From: Vicugna vicugna
Lineage: Eukaryota
Reading direction: 5' to 3'
Length of the DNA stretch: 64,000 nt
NCBI GenBank assembly: GCA_013265495.1
Contig: MU057377.1
Span: 310,001 to 374,000 of the forward strand
The translations under genes were made by a program, and so were the position numbers. Shown in pieces: positions 23,759 through 36,824 of the stretch (position 1 is the stretch's first letter; the number at the start of each line of letters is the position of its first letter). A model generated the notes under the pieces. It was not told where the DNA came from. It was given only the letters and a program-made list of their open reading frames with translations, and searched no databases.

Positions 23759-25619
23759 CACTCCTCTCACTGAGCCCATTTTGATCTTGGAAAACCTGGG
23801 GGGACAGTTGTGCTCCCCTTTTTTTCTCCCCTGCTCTTTCTCTCTGCATTCCAGAAACCGGTGGTCGCCAACTAAAGACTCGGAGTGTGTCGCTCATCCG
23901 GCACTGGGAGCGGCTCGCACTGGTGTTTGTCCATCGATGCCCTTCACATCCCTTCGCACTTGGAGCTGCTCAGAACCAAGACCCCGCCCTTCTGCACGCT
24001 GTCTCTCTCGTTCATTCTCACAGCCACAAGCCTGGTTAAGACACTAACTGTCTTTTACGTGAGTCGTTAACTGTCCTCTGGCCACTCTTTCTTACCCTAG
24101 AATCTACCCCATCCAGCCAGCTCTAGAGGGAAAAAAATGAGCTTGCTAACCTGGCTTGGAAGCCCATGGACACTAACCATAACCATCTGAATCATATCAG
24201 ACCTAAAATGCTAAGTTTTAAGCCCAAACTCTTTATGAATCGCCCCTCTTTGTTTGTCAAGGTCATCACGAGCTGGGACCTAGCACAGACCTGCACTCCA
24301 GCAAAGGGACTCTCTCCACCGGCCCTTCTGGAATAGGAGCCCTGCCCTCCTGCCAACGCCGCCTCTCCAGGCTGCATCACGCCGTTTCTGCAGTCCGTTC
24401 CCCTTTCAGAGCACGCCCAGGCCGAGCCGCTCTCTGCACAGCCACCCAGGGAAGCCCACGGGACTCCGCTGCCAGCATCCTGCATGGCGATGCCCCAGGC
24501 TCAGCACGCGTTTGAGAGGAGCTGGAACCCGGCAGCCGGGCGCGACCTGTCCCGTGCGCTTGCACCTCTGCTGTGGCTCATAACGGCATGAGGACACGCT
24601 CTCCCCTCCCCTCGGGACTGTACGGAGTGTGGACCTGTGTCCCCTGCAACTTTCCAGCATGATAAAGTGCAGGGCTTGGCACGAAGCGGCCGATCAGGTG
24701 TTACTGCCCCATCCTCTTGTAATGCTCATCCCTCTGTTCAATGCACTCACTCAGCTCTTTTCGGTTGTAGGAAGACTCCTGGGCAGCCCAGAAGTTCACT
24801 AGTGGTGACCGTCACCGACCCACTCAAGACGTTTTTGCTGGATGCCTCCAGCGGACCGGGTCCTGGACGTCGGGAATCCCAAGGCAGGGCCAACAGTCAT
24901 CTTTAAAGAGTTTGCGGTGGCGTGGTGGTGCCTGGGGCTGCGCGGCGACACAATGACCGTGGCTCAGGAGAGGGTTGTTCTGTTAGAGGCAAGTGCGAAG
25001 GAAAGAAAAACAGGAGAGACGTGGACTTCATGACATCCTGCGATTTTCTCACAGAAAGCTGCTGGGGGAATGAGGGAAGGAAAGGGGTCGGAGGCGGAAG
25101 GAAGGAACGTGACCCAGCGGTAGGGGGACCAGGAAGCGTGACCGGGTGTTTCCTGCTGGCCTGGGAGGTTCACGGGGGCACGTGCTCCGCAGAGTCACAG
25201 CTGGAGGGGACGCAGCCGCTAACCTGCCAGGAAACCTGGGCAGGTGACCCGCCAGGATCCCATTCCGGGAAGTTCACCTCCTCTCCCTTGGGGAAGCGGG
25301 GCCCAGCCTCGCACAAGCGATCCCGCGTGTGTCCTCTGCTGGGTCTTTCCTGTACACGTGACCCGCACCCCTCATTAGACATCCAGCCCCGATTAGAAGC
25401 GTCTCAGCTTCGTGTGCCCAGAGTCCTCGGCTCTCCTGGGCTTTGCAGGCCACAGAAAGACTGGAATTCCCTTACTGCTCATCTTTGCCGTAGTCTAAAG
25501 ACGTTAGAAGGTGATTGATAAGTACGTCAATGGCTTTTATACATAATGTTAAAAACAAGAGAATATTCAGCAAACAAGTCAAAAAGAAGGGGAACCTCTG
25601 AGGTTAAATGATTCTAAAG

Positions 25620-26030
25620 TGACTTGATACTAGAATGGTATCAACATGACAACTAACAACTACATGCAGTGGATTGTATCCTGGATCAAAAAAAAAAATC
25701 TAAAGGACAATATTGGGACAGAGGAATCTGAACGTGGATGGTCTGTGAGATGATCAGTTTCCTGAATGTCATCCCGGTACTGTGGCTGCAGGAGGAAGTC
25801 CAGTCCTGGGAGACACTGGCTGAAATACTTAGTGGTAAAGCGTTAAAATGTCTGCAACCCACTTTCTAAAGACAGAGCAAAAAAAGTATGTATGCAGAGG
25901 TGTGCAAAGGTAGAAAAATGTTTTAAAAAATTGGTGAAGCTGGATGAAGGGTAAACACGTGGTCACTGGACTATTTATTTTCTGATTTTCTTTCACTTTC
26001 ATTTTCCCCACCAGAAGTTGGAAAAGTAAT
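25620..26030 (+). mobile_element. L1MC4/L1MC5-like 3' fragment
   Basis: atcctggatcaaaaaa...aaaggacaatattgggaca...ctgaaatacttagtggtaaag...atgtctgcaacccacttt...tggtgaagctggatgaagggta. Confidence 0.6.
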
Positions 26031-27547
26031 ATTTTAAAAAATGATGATTACAGTGAACATAATTCCTCTGAATCCCCAATTTGCAGCTCTTGCTTCTTTC
26101 ACTGCGTTTGTTCCTCTGCTGCGGCAGAGCTTGCTGATCTCTCTCTTCTGTACTTTCATTGCCCAGTAAATCTCATTTCCACTGATGGCTTTATCTCCCC
26201 TGCGAGACACTAAGACGTTCACGGATCGCATCACACGCCAGTTTCCTCATATATTTGGCCCTCATCCTCCTGCCAGAGCCCAGCGCCAGACACGCAGTGG
26301 GCGTTCACGGACTTTCTCACGATCTCTTGGCATCACCCTTCTCGACCTAAACACCGCATCTTGCCTCTTTTCTCGCTCGGATTTTTGCCTTCTTACCACC
26401 TTTCTTCAGTTGGTGAAAAGCTACCAGGCATTCATTCTCACATTAGGCAGGAAAAGGAACACCGAATCCCCAGCATCCTCGTGGCTTATGGCACGTCCTC
26501 TGGCAAAGGCAATCTCGTCTGTGTCATCGTATTTATTGCCCCCAAATCAGAACCAGTTGCCAGAGTAATGAAAGTCTATTGGTTTGTGTCGACTTAATCC
26601 ATGTCAGGGAGGGGCTGTAGGGGCATATGAGGATAATTTGACCAGCAAAAGGAAAGCCATAAAAATGATCAAAAAGCCAACAGATATACTGAGAACACCA
26701 AGTTATTTTACCGAGGATTTATGGCCGACTTATCAGAAAACTATTTGGTCCAAGTCTACATTCAAGTATGTCCCTCAGTAATTCAGCAAAGATTCCGCCT
26801 CTGAAAAAAAAAGAAAAAGAAAATTGCCTCTATAATGAGATACCCGAGTAACCCCTGAATTGCAGCACATGGAGTTTAATTTTCAGCAGTTGAGAGACTG
26901 CAGTAAATCCAGCTTTTGGATAACTTGTTTCCCTTACTCCCTAGACCTGCAGAAAATGAGCAGAGCTCCAAGGCCAAGTGCGCCGTCCCTTCTGACGTCC
27001 CCGCAGAACCTGCAGACTGTTGTCAGTCAGAGCGGGCTCCCGTGTCCGGCCTCGCCGGCGGCAGCAGGGCCAGCCCTCCCGGGCCCCCGCAGCAGACAGC
27101 GTGAGTCCCGGGCTCTGCCCCGCGCTGCCAGCTGCGCCCCGGGCCCAACGCTGGAGGCTGCCTTTTACGGACCGCAGCCCAGTGAGCTTCCCCTCACCTG
27201 GGGGAGGAAGTGCGGCGTCAAGTCTCTCACGGGCGATGAATCACTCTGCCTCTGACAGCTTGTCCCCGAAGTCACAGAAGTGTCTACACAATCTATTGTG
27301 CCATTTACTCTCTTATTTTAAAAAGCAAACGTCGAAATAAAAACCTTTGCTTCCAGCGTTTCATTGATAAATGTCTCTACCCTGTCCTTCCTCTTAAATA
27401 ATCTCAGAAGTAGCTACTTCTGTGGTCGCTGTCAATTTATATCAAATTATCAGAATTCTGGTTTAAAGTCCACCTCGTGGAAGATGAGAGAGGCACGGAG
27501 TGCTTTCGTGGGAATCCCCGCCACACGGCCTTCTCTTAAGATCATCT

Positions 27548-27720
27548 GAATAAACAAGGACCTACCGGACAGCACAGGGAACTCTATTCAACACCTTGTG
27601 ACAGCCCAGAATGAAAGAGAATATGAAAAGGAATATATGTCTGTACAGCTGAATCACTGTGCTGTGCACCAGAAACCAACACAGCGCTGTAACTCGACTA
27701 TACTTCAGTTAAAAAAAAAA
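27548..27720 (+). mobile_element. Short 5'-truncated L1 3' end
   Basis: aacaaggacctaccggacagcacagggaactctattcaa...gctgaatcactgtgctgtgcaccagaaaccaacaca...tatacttcagttaaaaaaaaaa; homologous to 21640-21815. Confidence 0.8.
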
Positions 27721-27900
27721 TCGTTTGAGCCTTGGCTCATCCAGACAGAAAAGGACGAGCCTGCCACACTGAGACTGGCCAGATCCTTAGTGAACACGAC
27801 GAAAATCGATGAGCTTGTTGCCACAAAACAGCAGGGTACCTTACAAGCAGCGAAGATAGAAACCTTCATATTGCAAAGATTTATTAAAATAGCATTTATT

Positions 27901-28050
27901 GGGGGAGGGCACAGCTCAGCGGTGGAGCACATGCCTAGCAGGCACGAGGTCCTCAGTTCCATCCCCAGCACCTCCAGTAAAATAAATAAGTAAAATAAAA
28001 CGAATTACCTCCCTCCAAAAAATTAAATTAAAAACAGTGTTTTAATAAAA
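27901..28050 (+). mobile_element. tRNA-Ala-derived SINE (Vic-1-like)
   Basis: gggggagggcacagctcagcggtggagcacatgcctagcaggcacgaggtcctcagttccatccccagcacctcc plus tail; TSD taaaatagcattta at 27885-27898 and 28051-28064. Confidence 0.85.
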
Positions 28051-31000
28051 TAAAATAGCATTTAGTTTGGGAACTAAAGATTTCTTTTCAGAAGTCAAGC
28101 TTCCAAATTCCAAATAAGCCACTTGGTAAAACCCTATAGGTTTTACTGTTGGCAGGATTAAAGCAAAACAAGACAAAACACAAAAAAAACTATTCGACGT
28201 TGCTAACAGTCCCCCTAATGCCCCCAGATGCAGCTGGGGAGACGGATATGTTTACACCGGAATTGAGGATTGCACAGCAATCCTTCTTGGGGAGAAAAAA
28301 ATAAAGTCTAGCAGCATTTAGCTACTAGCTTAAAAACACTGCTGAGCCACACTTGCCCTACGTCGATGTGCACATTCAGCCCAGAAGTCAACGGTCTGTC
28401 ATAAAGCTAGATCCCAGCGCAGCCGCGATGGCTGTTCCTCACTCTGGGATCTCTAAGTGTGCATGCACGGTGAGTACAATATTCAAAGTGTCTGCCTCAG
28501 CTTTTGGAACGACAGTTTAGGGGGTCCTGGCCGAGAGGTTCTGTCCCTTCTCTACAAGGGCTCCAAGGACGAGAAGATCAGTGACTGTTCTGATAAGACG
28601 GGGACCAGATTCTCTGCTTCCTGCCCAGGTCAGAGACATTTTTAAAAAGGAATGAGGTAGCCCAGCTACCATGTTTGGTGACATTTTAGTTCTGTAACGG
28701 GCCCCTAATATTCCAAAAGGTAAGGCTTCCTCTGGCTCGTCTTTGCTGATTGCTGCATTCTGTGTCATACTGAAATTTTCATTATTTACATTCTTTTTCT
28801 TCCCCCTGAATCTTGGAGTCATTGCCTATAGACTATTCCCCTTCCAAACTTAAATCACCTGAAACATATGGATATGCTGTTTCCCAAACCCCCAAGGAGA
28901 CTGAGAACTGAGAATTCAAACTAGACACTAAGCCCCTTCAGTCTTGTTGCTGCTTTTTCCCCACAGCCCCAGAACAACACTCCTCCCCGCGTTTTAAAAG
29001 AGATTTCCCTTGGGTCTGGGACTTTCCTATTCCATCACCAGGTAGGTGACGCGTCCTCAGGGATGCGGCTGTGCTGAGAGCCTCAGGAGGAAGACTAGGG
29101 TTAGTCGCCTGGCTTGCAAAATCCTCCCCAGTTCTGTTCATGAGGATGGCGGCCAATTCTCCAAACGTGCTGTGCGCTCCTGTCCTTTCCAGGGTCTCCC
29201 TGCTTGCACGGCACAGATTAAACACACGGCCTCCGAGCTCTCGGGGTTGGGAGGAGAAGCGTTCACGTCCCGCTGACAGCCCGGGGTGTAGGAGGAAGCC
29301 GTCTGCTAGGGGTTCACACCAGGAGTGGCTACAACTCCGAGCAGAGGAAGTCACAGCGCAGCTCACCTCAGTCCAAGCGCCCTCTCTGTGTGGCGATCCG
29401 AGGAGACAGCACCTCCACGGTAAGAGGCATTTTTACTCCTAGAGGCTCTTGGAGGTGGGTCCTCTACCCAATGGTTGCATTGTTCTCTTTTACTAAAATT
29501 GCTTTGCTACCATTTTTAGGGCTCTTCTCCTAGCCTCGGGAACCTGGAATAAATCTACTATTTCTACGACAAAGGTGACAACTGGGTCTTTGAGTGTTTG
29601 TGCATTCCACCAGGCAATTAACCCTTTTGACATCTGGTCCATTTTCTACAGTGACATTACCTGTAAAATACTTTGCAACTAAAAGGTGGTACGTAGGGGA
29701 AGAAGCAGAAGTCATTAAAACCTGGAGATTTAATAGGTTCCTGGCGTTTACATGCCTCCTCATCTTAATCTTCACAATAACGACACAGGGGTTATGGTCC
29801 TTACCGAAAAGGCACCTCAAGCAATTTGTCCCAAGTAACAACCGGTGAGCAGCAGGTCTGGGACCCGGAGCGTCAGCGTTGGTTCAGTTCTGCACAGATG
29901 CACCCTAGGAAGAGCGCTAACAGCTGTAACCCCAAACCTACCCTGAATTTAAACCACAGTACCCTCATTTGACATATTTACACACCGAGAGCTGAGTAAT
30001 AATGGTTATTTTATATTTCAGCTCTCGCCGATGTAACCAGCCAGGATTCCTGATATCAGTGTTCGCTTAATTTTTTTAGAACTATGCGTGTCAGGTTGGA
30101 ATCAGCTTCCACAGAGCAGGTTGACGGGTGGAAGGATTTTGTTTGTGACTTCTAGGCAGGTGCCCAGCACGCAATGGGTGTCTGAGAAGTCAGCTGTATC
30201 TGGAAACAGTGCCTGTATAGATGCTGAAAAATCCAGCGGGAGAACAAAGGAAAGGACCCATCTTTCACAGCTTCCAGTCCTACGCTTTACACCCCAGCGT
30301 GCCTCTCGAGAAATAAAGCAAGGAAACAGTGCAGAAAGCCTCCCGGGGTTGTTGTCTGTATAAAACAGCCATGTGCTACCCCCCCGCCCCGTTTTAACAC
30401 AACGTTATCAGGCGATGATTAAGAAGGTAGCCGTCTCCTGCTTCACGGGGTCAGAAAACAAGGTATCAAGCCAGCAACTCCCTTCCTACGTGCAGCACTT
30501 AGATTGCAGCCATGTGCGGCTTCCAGCTGTAAATAGCAACGGCGAAGCGAAGAGAGAGCTCGTCCCTGGCTCTGGGCTGCCTGAGCTCAGCAGATTGCGT
30601 GACACCCCGGCCTGATTTGCTGAGATGTAGGTAACTACACTTCCTGTTAACAAGTTTCCGTGTGTTTTTCACTCCGTCAGCAGGTTCTTGAGTCCATGCC
30701 TAGATTAGGTTTGACTAACGTCAGCACAATTTGACTTTGATGGAAAGTTTGAAGTTTATAATTAAACATGGTACATCCTTTTGTTAATTTCCAAGATCCA
30801 AAGGAGGTAATCCCTTTGGCTACCAGAGCATTTATACCTGGTTCCCTGAAACACATTGCTTCCTTTGCCTCTGACTGAACGAAGTCCATGTTTTTAGGAC
30901 ACTGGGGAACACTTGGGGGCAAACTCAGGTGGCCTTCCACACTTCACCCATCGCCAAAGGACGTAAGGTTTCCACAAGCTTGGGAGAAGGACAGAGTTGT

Positions 31001-31961
31001 TTTTATATTCCTTTTGAGACACTAAGGTTCAAAACTATTATATCGGAGTTCCTATTTTCTTGTAGAAGTTAAAAAAAAATGGCCTCAACATTGTTTACGT
31101 GAAAACATGCACACATATTTTACAAGATACAAAGTATGTAAGTATGACTTGTAGTTTCTGCATTCCATAAACACCAGATGATAACGATGGTGATAAGTGG
31201 TCCGTAAAATGCACTGAAGCCGTCCCACTGAAATGACACACTACTACTCATAAAAAGTCTGATGCAGGCAGGACAGCCTACACCACCGCAAAGTCAAGGA
31301 AGACAGCATGACGTGTGAACAAGATGCTATAAAGCCTGCCTGTTGTTTTTAGGAGAAGGTACTTTTAATTTCTGTAGCAAAAATTCTAATTGGCAAATTC
31401 TTGGCCGTGGACGCCGGGAGTTCATTGCACGCTGTGCTTCTGTCCTGATGTATGATTCTGAGACCTGTGCCCTTCTGTGTTCAGAAAGCTGCGTCCACAC
31501 AGACTACACCCTCTTTTTTCTCTTCTGTCACCTTCAGAGTTCCTGACATATTGTAGGTGCTCCAATTCCTTTGGATGGAATTGACAAATCGGATAGCGCT
31601 ATGAAACAAATTGCAGAAACAGACGACGTAAATGCCCCGCGCGCCTGACCTGCCCAGGGGATACCGGGTTCACCTGGCAGGTGGAGAGGAGGGCCTCGGA
31701 GCTCTGCACATGCAGGCCCACCTGGACCTCGCTGTGAACTCAGATTGCTCAGCAGGAGCTTGTCGTGAGGAGGGCAGACTGCGACCACCGGAATGAGCAC
31801 ATCAGCGAACACATCCTTCAAAGGGAACTGGACCAAGGATGGTGTCCTGGACATAATCCGCTTTAGCTAACAGCTCTACGTGAGTTAATATGCGGGACAC
31901 AGCCTACTCTTTCCTCCCGGAATATTTTATTTGAACAGGTAGCCACTCAACTGCTTGGCCC

Positions 31962-32172
31962 TTTATTTATTTATTTTTTTAGTTTTTAATTTTTTTAATT
32001 TTTTAAATTTTTTTGAATTTTTGAGTTTTTTTTCGGGGAGGGAGGTAACTAGGTTTATTTATTTGTTTGTTTATTTATTTTTTTAATGGAGGTACTGGGG
32101 AGGTACTGGGGACTGAACCCAGGACCTCGTGCATGCTAAGCACACACTCTACCACTGAGTTCTACCCTCCCA
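31962..32172 (-). mobile_element. tRNA-Ala-derived SINE (Vic-1-like) with a small internal duplication
   Basis: Same family on the - strand; tandem gaggtactggg-gaggtactggg near 32089-32110; long A-rich tail. Confidence 0.85.
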
Positions 32173-32964
32173 CTATGGCTTTGCCCTTGTTTTTTTCCTC
32201 TCTTGTTTTTATATCTTCCCAACTCTCATCTTTACATCCCAGGATGCCTCTTCACAAAGGTGCACTTCCCCGCCTCCACCTCCCCCACCAAGAGAGCAAT
32301 GGCCTGTCCTCCCCAACCGTGGCGGGAAAGCTGCCAAACACCGTCATTTCTGTTTCAAGGCAGAAGACAGATTATCTGCAATTACACAGAACCTGTACCT
32401 CTTCAGCTTACCTCACGAGGTAAGTGGGAAGCTCGAGGTCATCACTTAGGGCTCTGCAAATAAAACATTCTATCCAGAGGCTTATATTGGTTTCTGTAAT
32501 TCAAGAACATTTATATTGGTAATTAGGTGGCAGTGGAGTTATACCAGCTCAAACACACATGACCTTCAACCTGGAGAAGCTGCAAATGAGGGTAATTTAC
32601 ATGTTGCCGGCTGTGACTCTCTTTGGCACTCACAGGACTTAACGGTAAAAATAACCGGGTCCTGGGTTCCATCGGGCCACAGAGCGGCTGTACGACCTCT
32701 TTCCATTTAGTTTTCATGTTCTCCCTGGAAATGTTCTCCACAAAGTCCCACAGTTCCCTGGATATAGTTTGTCTCATGAAAAACTCGCATTTTTGTAGAC
32801 TATACATAGTGGTACCTATTTTAAACACCCACTTGACAGTTAGGAAATGCTAACATTTCTGAAGTTTAGGGGTAGGGCAGTCTGCTTAAAACAATCTCCA
32901 AGTGTTACATTTTACAAATTAGGAAACAGAAAACCAAGACTGTATTTTGGAGAAAAAAAAGATC

Positions 32965-33075
32965 AGCGAGGACTCTGAGTAAGTCACTTAACATGCCTGG
33001 GCCTCAGCTTTGGCATCTGTAAATGGCAATAACATTCTTACTGAAGGTTAAGGGAAGCGCCGTGTGTCGGACACC
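32965..33075 (+). mobile_element. MIR
   Basis: gactctgagtaagtcacttaacatgcctgggcctcagctttggcatctgtaaatgg is the MIR core. Confidence 0.6.
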
Positions 33076-33765
33076 TTGGTCATCAGGACAGCTCGACGTC
33101 AGAGAAGACCCAGCTCTCAGGAGAAGAGACACCACCAGAACCCGGTCACCTGCTGCCTGGGCCAGGGGGCTTCCCGTGTCCTGGTGACTCTCCTTGGGCA
33201 GTTAATGGTCCACTTTCAGAAACGTCTGGCTTCCTTAGCTCTGAAAATAGATGGCACTGACCACAGAAATGCTCAAACCATCTCCTGCGGGGCATAAGGT
33301 ATATTTTATAATGATTCGCACAATTGGGACATTTTAAAAAGCGAGTAAAATGTGTTTCTTAATTTCATGTATTGATGTTGAACAGTGACAACATTAGTCT
33401 GTCACCTCAAAGAATCTTTTCCAGCGGTGCTGGTGCAGGGAATCTGCTCAAGGCAGGCTTAATCTGATTATGCTTGAACCTCCTCAGACCAAAGCTTGTC
33501 TTTGGTCCTTTGAGAAAAAAGGGGGAGAGCATCACAGGCCTGAAAATCCTCAGTTAATGAAGAAGCATGTTAGAAAGATTCAAATGAAGGTAAAAAATAA
33601 AAAAGAGAGATGCTTAAAGCAAAACTTAGTAACAAAACTATGCCTAGAGAAAACTTTTAATTAGCAGGAATCAAAAACTGGGTTAAAGAATGTGTGCCTT
33701 TAATAAAACCAGCCCTCCACTCCACCAGGTCCATTTAGCACAACTTCCTGTCTGAACAGCATTCT

Positions 33766-33830
33766 GGAAGAAAGAAAAAGAAAGAAAGAAAGAAAGAAAG
33801 AAAGGAAGGAAGGAAAAAAGAAAGAAAGAA

Positions 33831-33863
<33 letters not shown>

Positions 33864-33947
33864 AAGAGAGAGAGAGAAAGAGAGAAAGAAAGAGAAGAAG
33901 GAAGAAAGAGAGGAAGGAAGGAGGGAAGGAAGGAAGGAAAAAAGAAA
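33766..33947 (+). repeat. Compound polypurine microsatellite (GAAA)n/(GA)n/(GGAA)n
   Basis: About 180 nt consisting only of A and G. Confidence 0.95.
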
Positions 33948-36824
33948 CCAAGGAACAGTTGGTATTGGTCTGGGTTCCAATCAGAAGGAATATCATTGAA
34001 GTGTTTTCTTTAATCAAATAAAACCATCACTAAAGAAAAACGCTGTTTTGGGTGCAAGGGAACCCTTCTGCCAAGGTGACAGCTGACATCTGATCACAAG
34101 CTACTGGAAATAATTTAGAGGAAAACACGGCACACACCTAAGTCGCATTATCACGAAATGACTCTTCCTTCTCCGGCTGGATGACAGCAGAAGCTTGGAC
34201 AGTTTAATCCACACTCGAGCCCAACCCTGAATTCATCTCATTTTATACCCATCACGTCCTGGCAGCCTCTGCCTGTCCCAGTCACCTCGTCCAAGCTTTG
34301 TCCCCGCATCTTGGCTTGTGACCTTTCTTCTCTCTTGAACGCTCTCCCGTTTTCTGTCCTCCTAAGAATCGTCCTTGTGCTTTATGGCCTCGTCGAATTC
34401 CCATAACCTCCGTGAAAACTTCCCCTCTGGGAACCGCAACTTGTGACCAAACTTTCTTAAAGGCACTAGAAGCCCGTCAAGAAGAAAATCTGCATAGGAG
34501 CCGACACATTTCATTTTTGAAAATCAGGAGAAACTAAATTCACGTTATGTTAAACTAGACAACAACATGGTGTTTAAGTGCATACTAGCAGCTTTCAGTT
34601 TGATCCGAACTCTTATTTTAATAGATAGGAGCCAATGCCCAAAGTTCTCCTTGAGTAAAAAAAAAGGGAATAACTCAAGAACATGGTACCTAACAGGATG
34701 CAATCACCTTCATCATTCACTTTGAGTCATTTGCTTAGTTAATTGGGGTGTAACAGGGAAACCTGATTCCTGAAATGGATCTGTGATAGACTTCAGTTAC
34801 ATTCTGAAGAAGACGGAGGTGCATTCTCCAGGCGGTCAATAACTAGGAAACATCTCAGCTTGCCTAGAGCGACGCCATGCTGGGCTGTTGTCCCAGCGTA
34901 ATTATCGATAGTGCTTCCTCTCGCTCTCAGAGTAGCCCACTGGAACAATAAACAGCATCGTCAGCCTCGTCTTCGCCAACATATGTCATTAAAGACCCAT
35001 TTCAAGGATCTCCACGATTTACCAATTGGAGAACTGTGTGGGTGGAGCTATACATGGAAATCAGCCAGTTCCCCTGATCTAAGCTTCCTGGGAGCAGAAA
35101 CACACCTGTGTGATTATTTCAGTTTCTCACCATGCTTGGCACAGACAGACTTGCTTATAACAGACCCTCCATAATGGTGGATGAATGGATACATAAATTA
35201 TTTTAAAAATCAGTTTCTACAAAGACCAGTATTGTAGCAAGGCAATGATCACTTCAGGGAGACTGTTGTAAATGATGAGAATAATTTGACAGGTAACTGA
35301 AAAGCTGCTTGATTGGACTGGCTAGTCAGCTCCGTGCCAAACTTCCACCTGTTTACTTCTCACAGTTGTCTGGGGCTTAACACCAGCCAATTAAGTCACT
35401 TACACCTGCGATCCAGGAGCCCCACTCTCTATGATCGGCTTCTGTTTTACTTTGGACACATGAAGAAATATGTTCTGCAGGTGAAACTCTATGTTACATG
35501 ATTTCTGTGCAGCTGGTGGCAGTGACCTCACATTAAGAAATGAAGAGCATTAATTATACTTGGTGAAGCAGAAATCTTAATGATGTGTGAAAAGATGAAA
35601 GGAAAACAGATTAGTGAACTGAATCAGACCTGCTTTCAGTGATTGAAAGACATCAAAACAACATTTAAGAACCTTTTCCTATGTTCGTGCTATATTTACT
35701 CCTTCCTGAATGCTAATTACTGGAAACTCAATGATAAGTGACAGAGCTTTTTAAGATTGTGATTTGAAGAGGATGTCATTTTGGGTGCCTGTTTCCTGAG
35801 AGCACAGAGACTGCCATTCTGAGGGAGATGCTTGTGCCACTGGCCAGTGCTCTGTTCCCAACAGGGGCCCGAGGATGTGGGCCATTCCATCATCCTTCAT
35901 GTCATCCTTGGGGTGCCATCCTTGACCCATGATGTCATCCTTGACCTCAGCCTCAAGGATCAAGGACAACCCTAACCTACTCAGAAACCACGTGTGACTC
36001 TGTCATTCACAAATGACTCCAACTCCCTGCTGAGTTTAGTGTTCTTTTCTGCTTTACTCTTAATTGAATTAATCTCTTTAAGGAGAATTTCCTATCACTT
36101 GCTAGACTTACTATGTCTTAGTGAATGGGTCCCCTCCTGAAATTCTGGGACTTCTGGAACAGGTTCCCTCAATCAGGCTATCTATTCATTTACATGTAAG
36201 TTCAGACTCTTCACTGAGCCAGCATAAAGAGTATTCCTTACTCCTCAAATCCCCCATCATCTATTATATAGTTACCTTCCTCTGTAGCATCTCCGCACGT
36301 GCCACTCCCTTCTAGAGAGGTTGCAGACAGCTATAGGCACCAAAGATTTAGGGTTGAATTGGAAAGAAGTTCGTGTTTGTTTTTTCAAACCATTCTTGAT
36401 GATGATTAATGTATTTTGTTTTTGTTTTTGTTTTGCCAGTTTGGACCACAATAACAAAGGGACTCCTGCTAATTACTCCAACATCCCTCTCCTAATTGGT
36501 AGATCTCAAACTGTTCTTTAGCATGAGATTTGGAAATAGAAGACTTGGTGGAACCCTAGCTCTGATGCTTCTTGGACATTTGCCCTCGAGCAATCCAGGT
36601 GACCTCTTTAAATCTCTATTTATCTCTAAATAAAGATAATAATGCCTCTCAGAGAGATTACAAAGGGAAAATAACTGGAGGTATTAACATGAGAGCCTCT
36701 CTTAAAAACAGTGCTAGTGTATCTGTGCTTATCACTTATTCTCAATTTCCATGGGGTCATGTATTCATTTTCCTTCTCTACCTTTTCACAGCAAGTATTT
36801 TGGTGGTAGAAAACGTGGTAACTT

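Noticed and set aside
27901..27975. Apparent tRNA-Ala genes (also at 17320-17390, 32100-32170, 48120-48195, 61915-61990)
   Set aside because: They have degenerate stems, A-rich tails and TSDs, so they are SINE heads rather than tRNA genes.
33700..34017. Hydrophobic S/L/F-rich ORFs resembling membrane proteins
   Set aside because: They are translations of the polypurine microsatellite.
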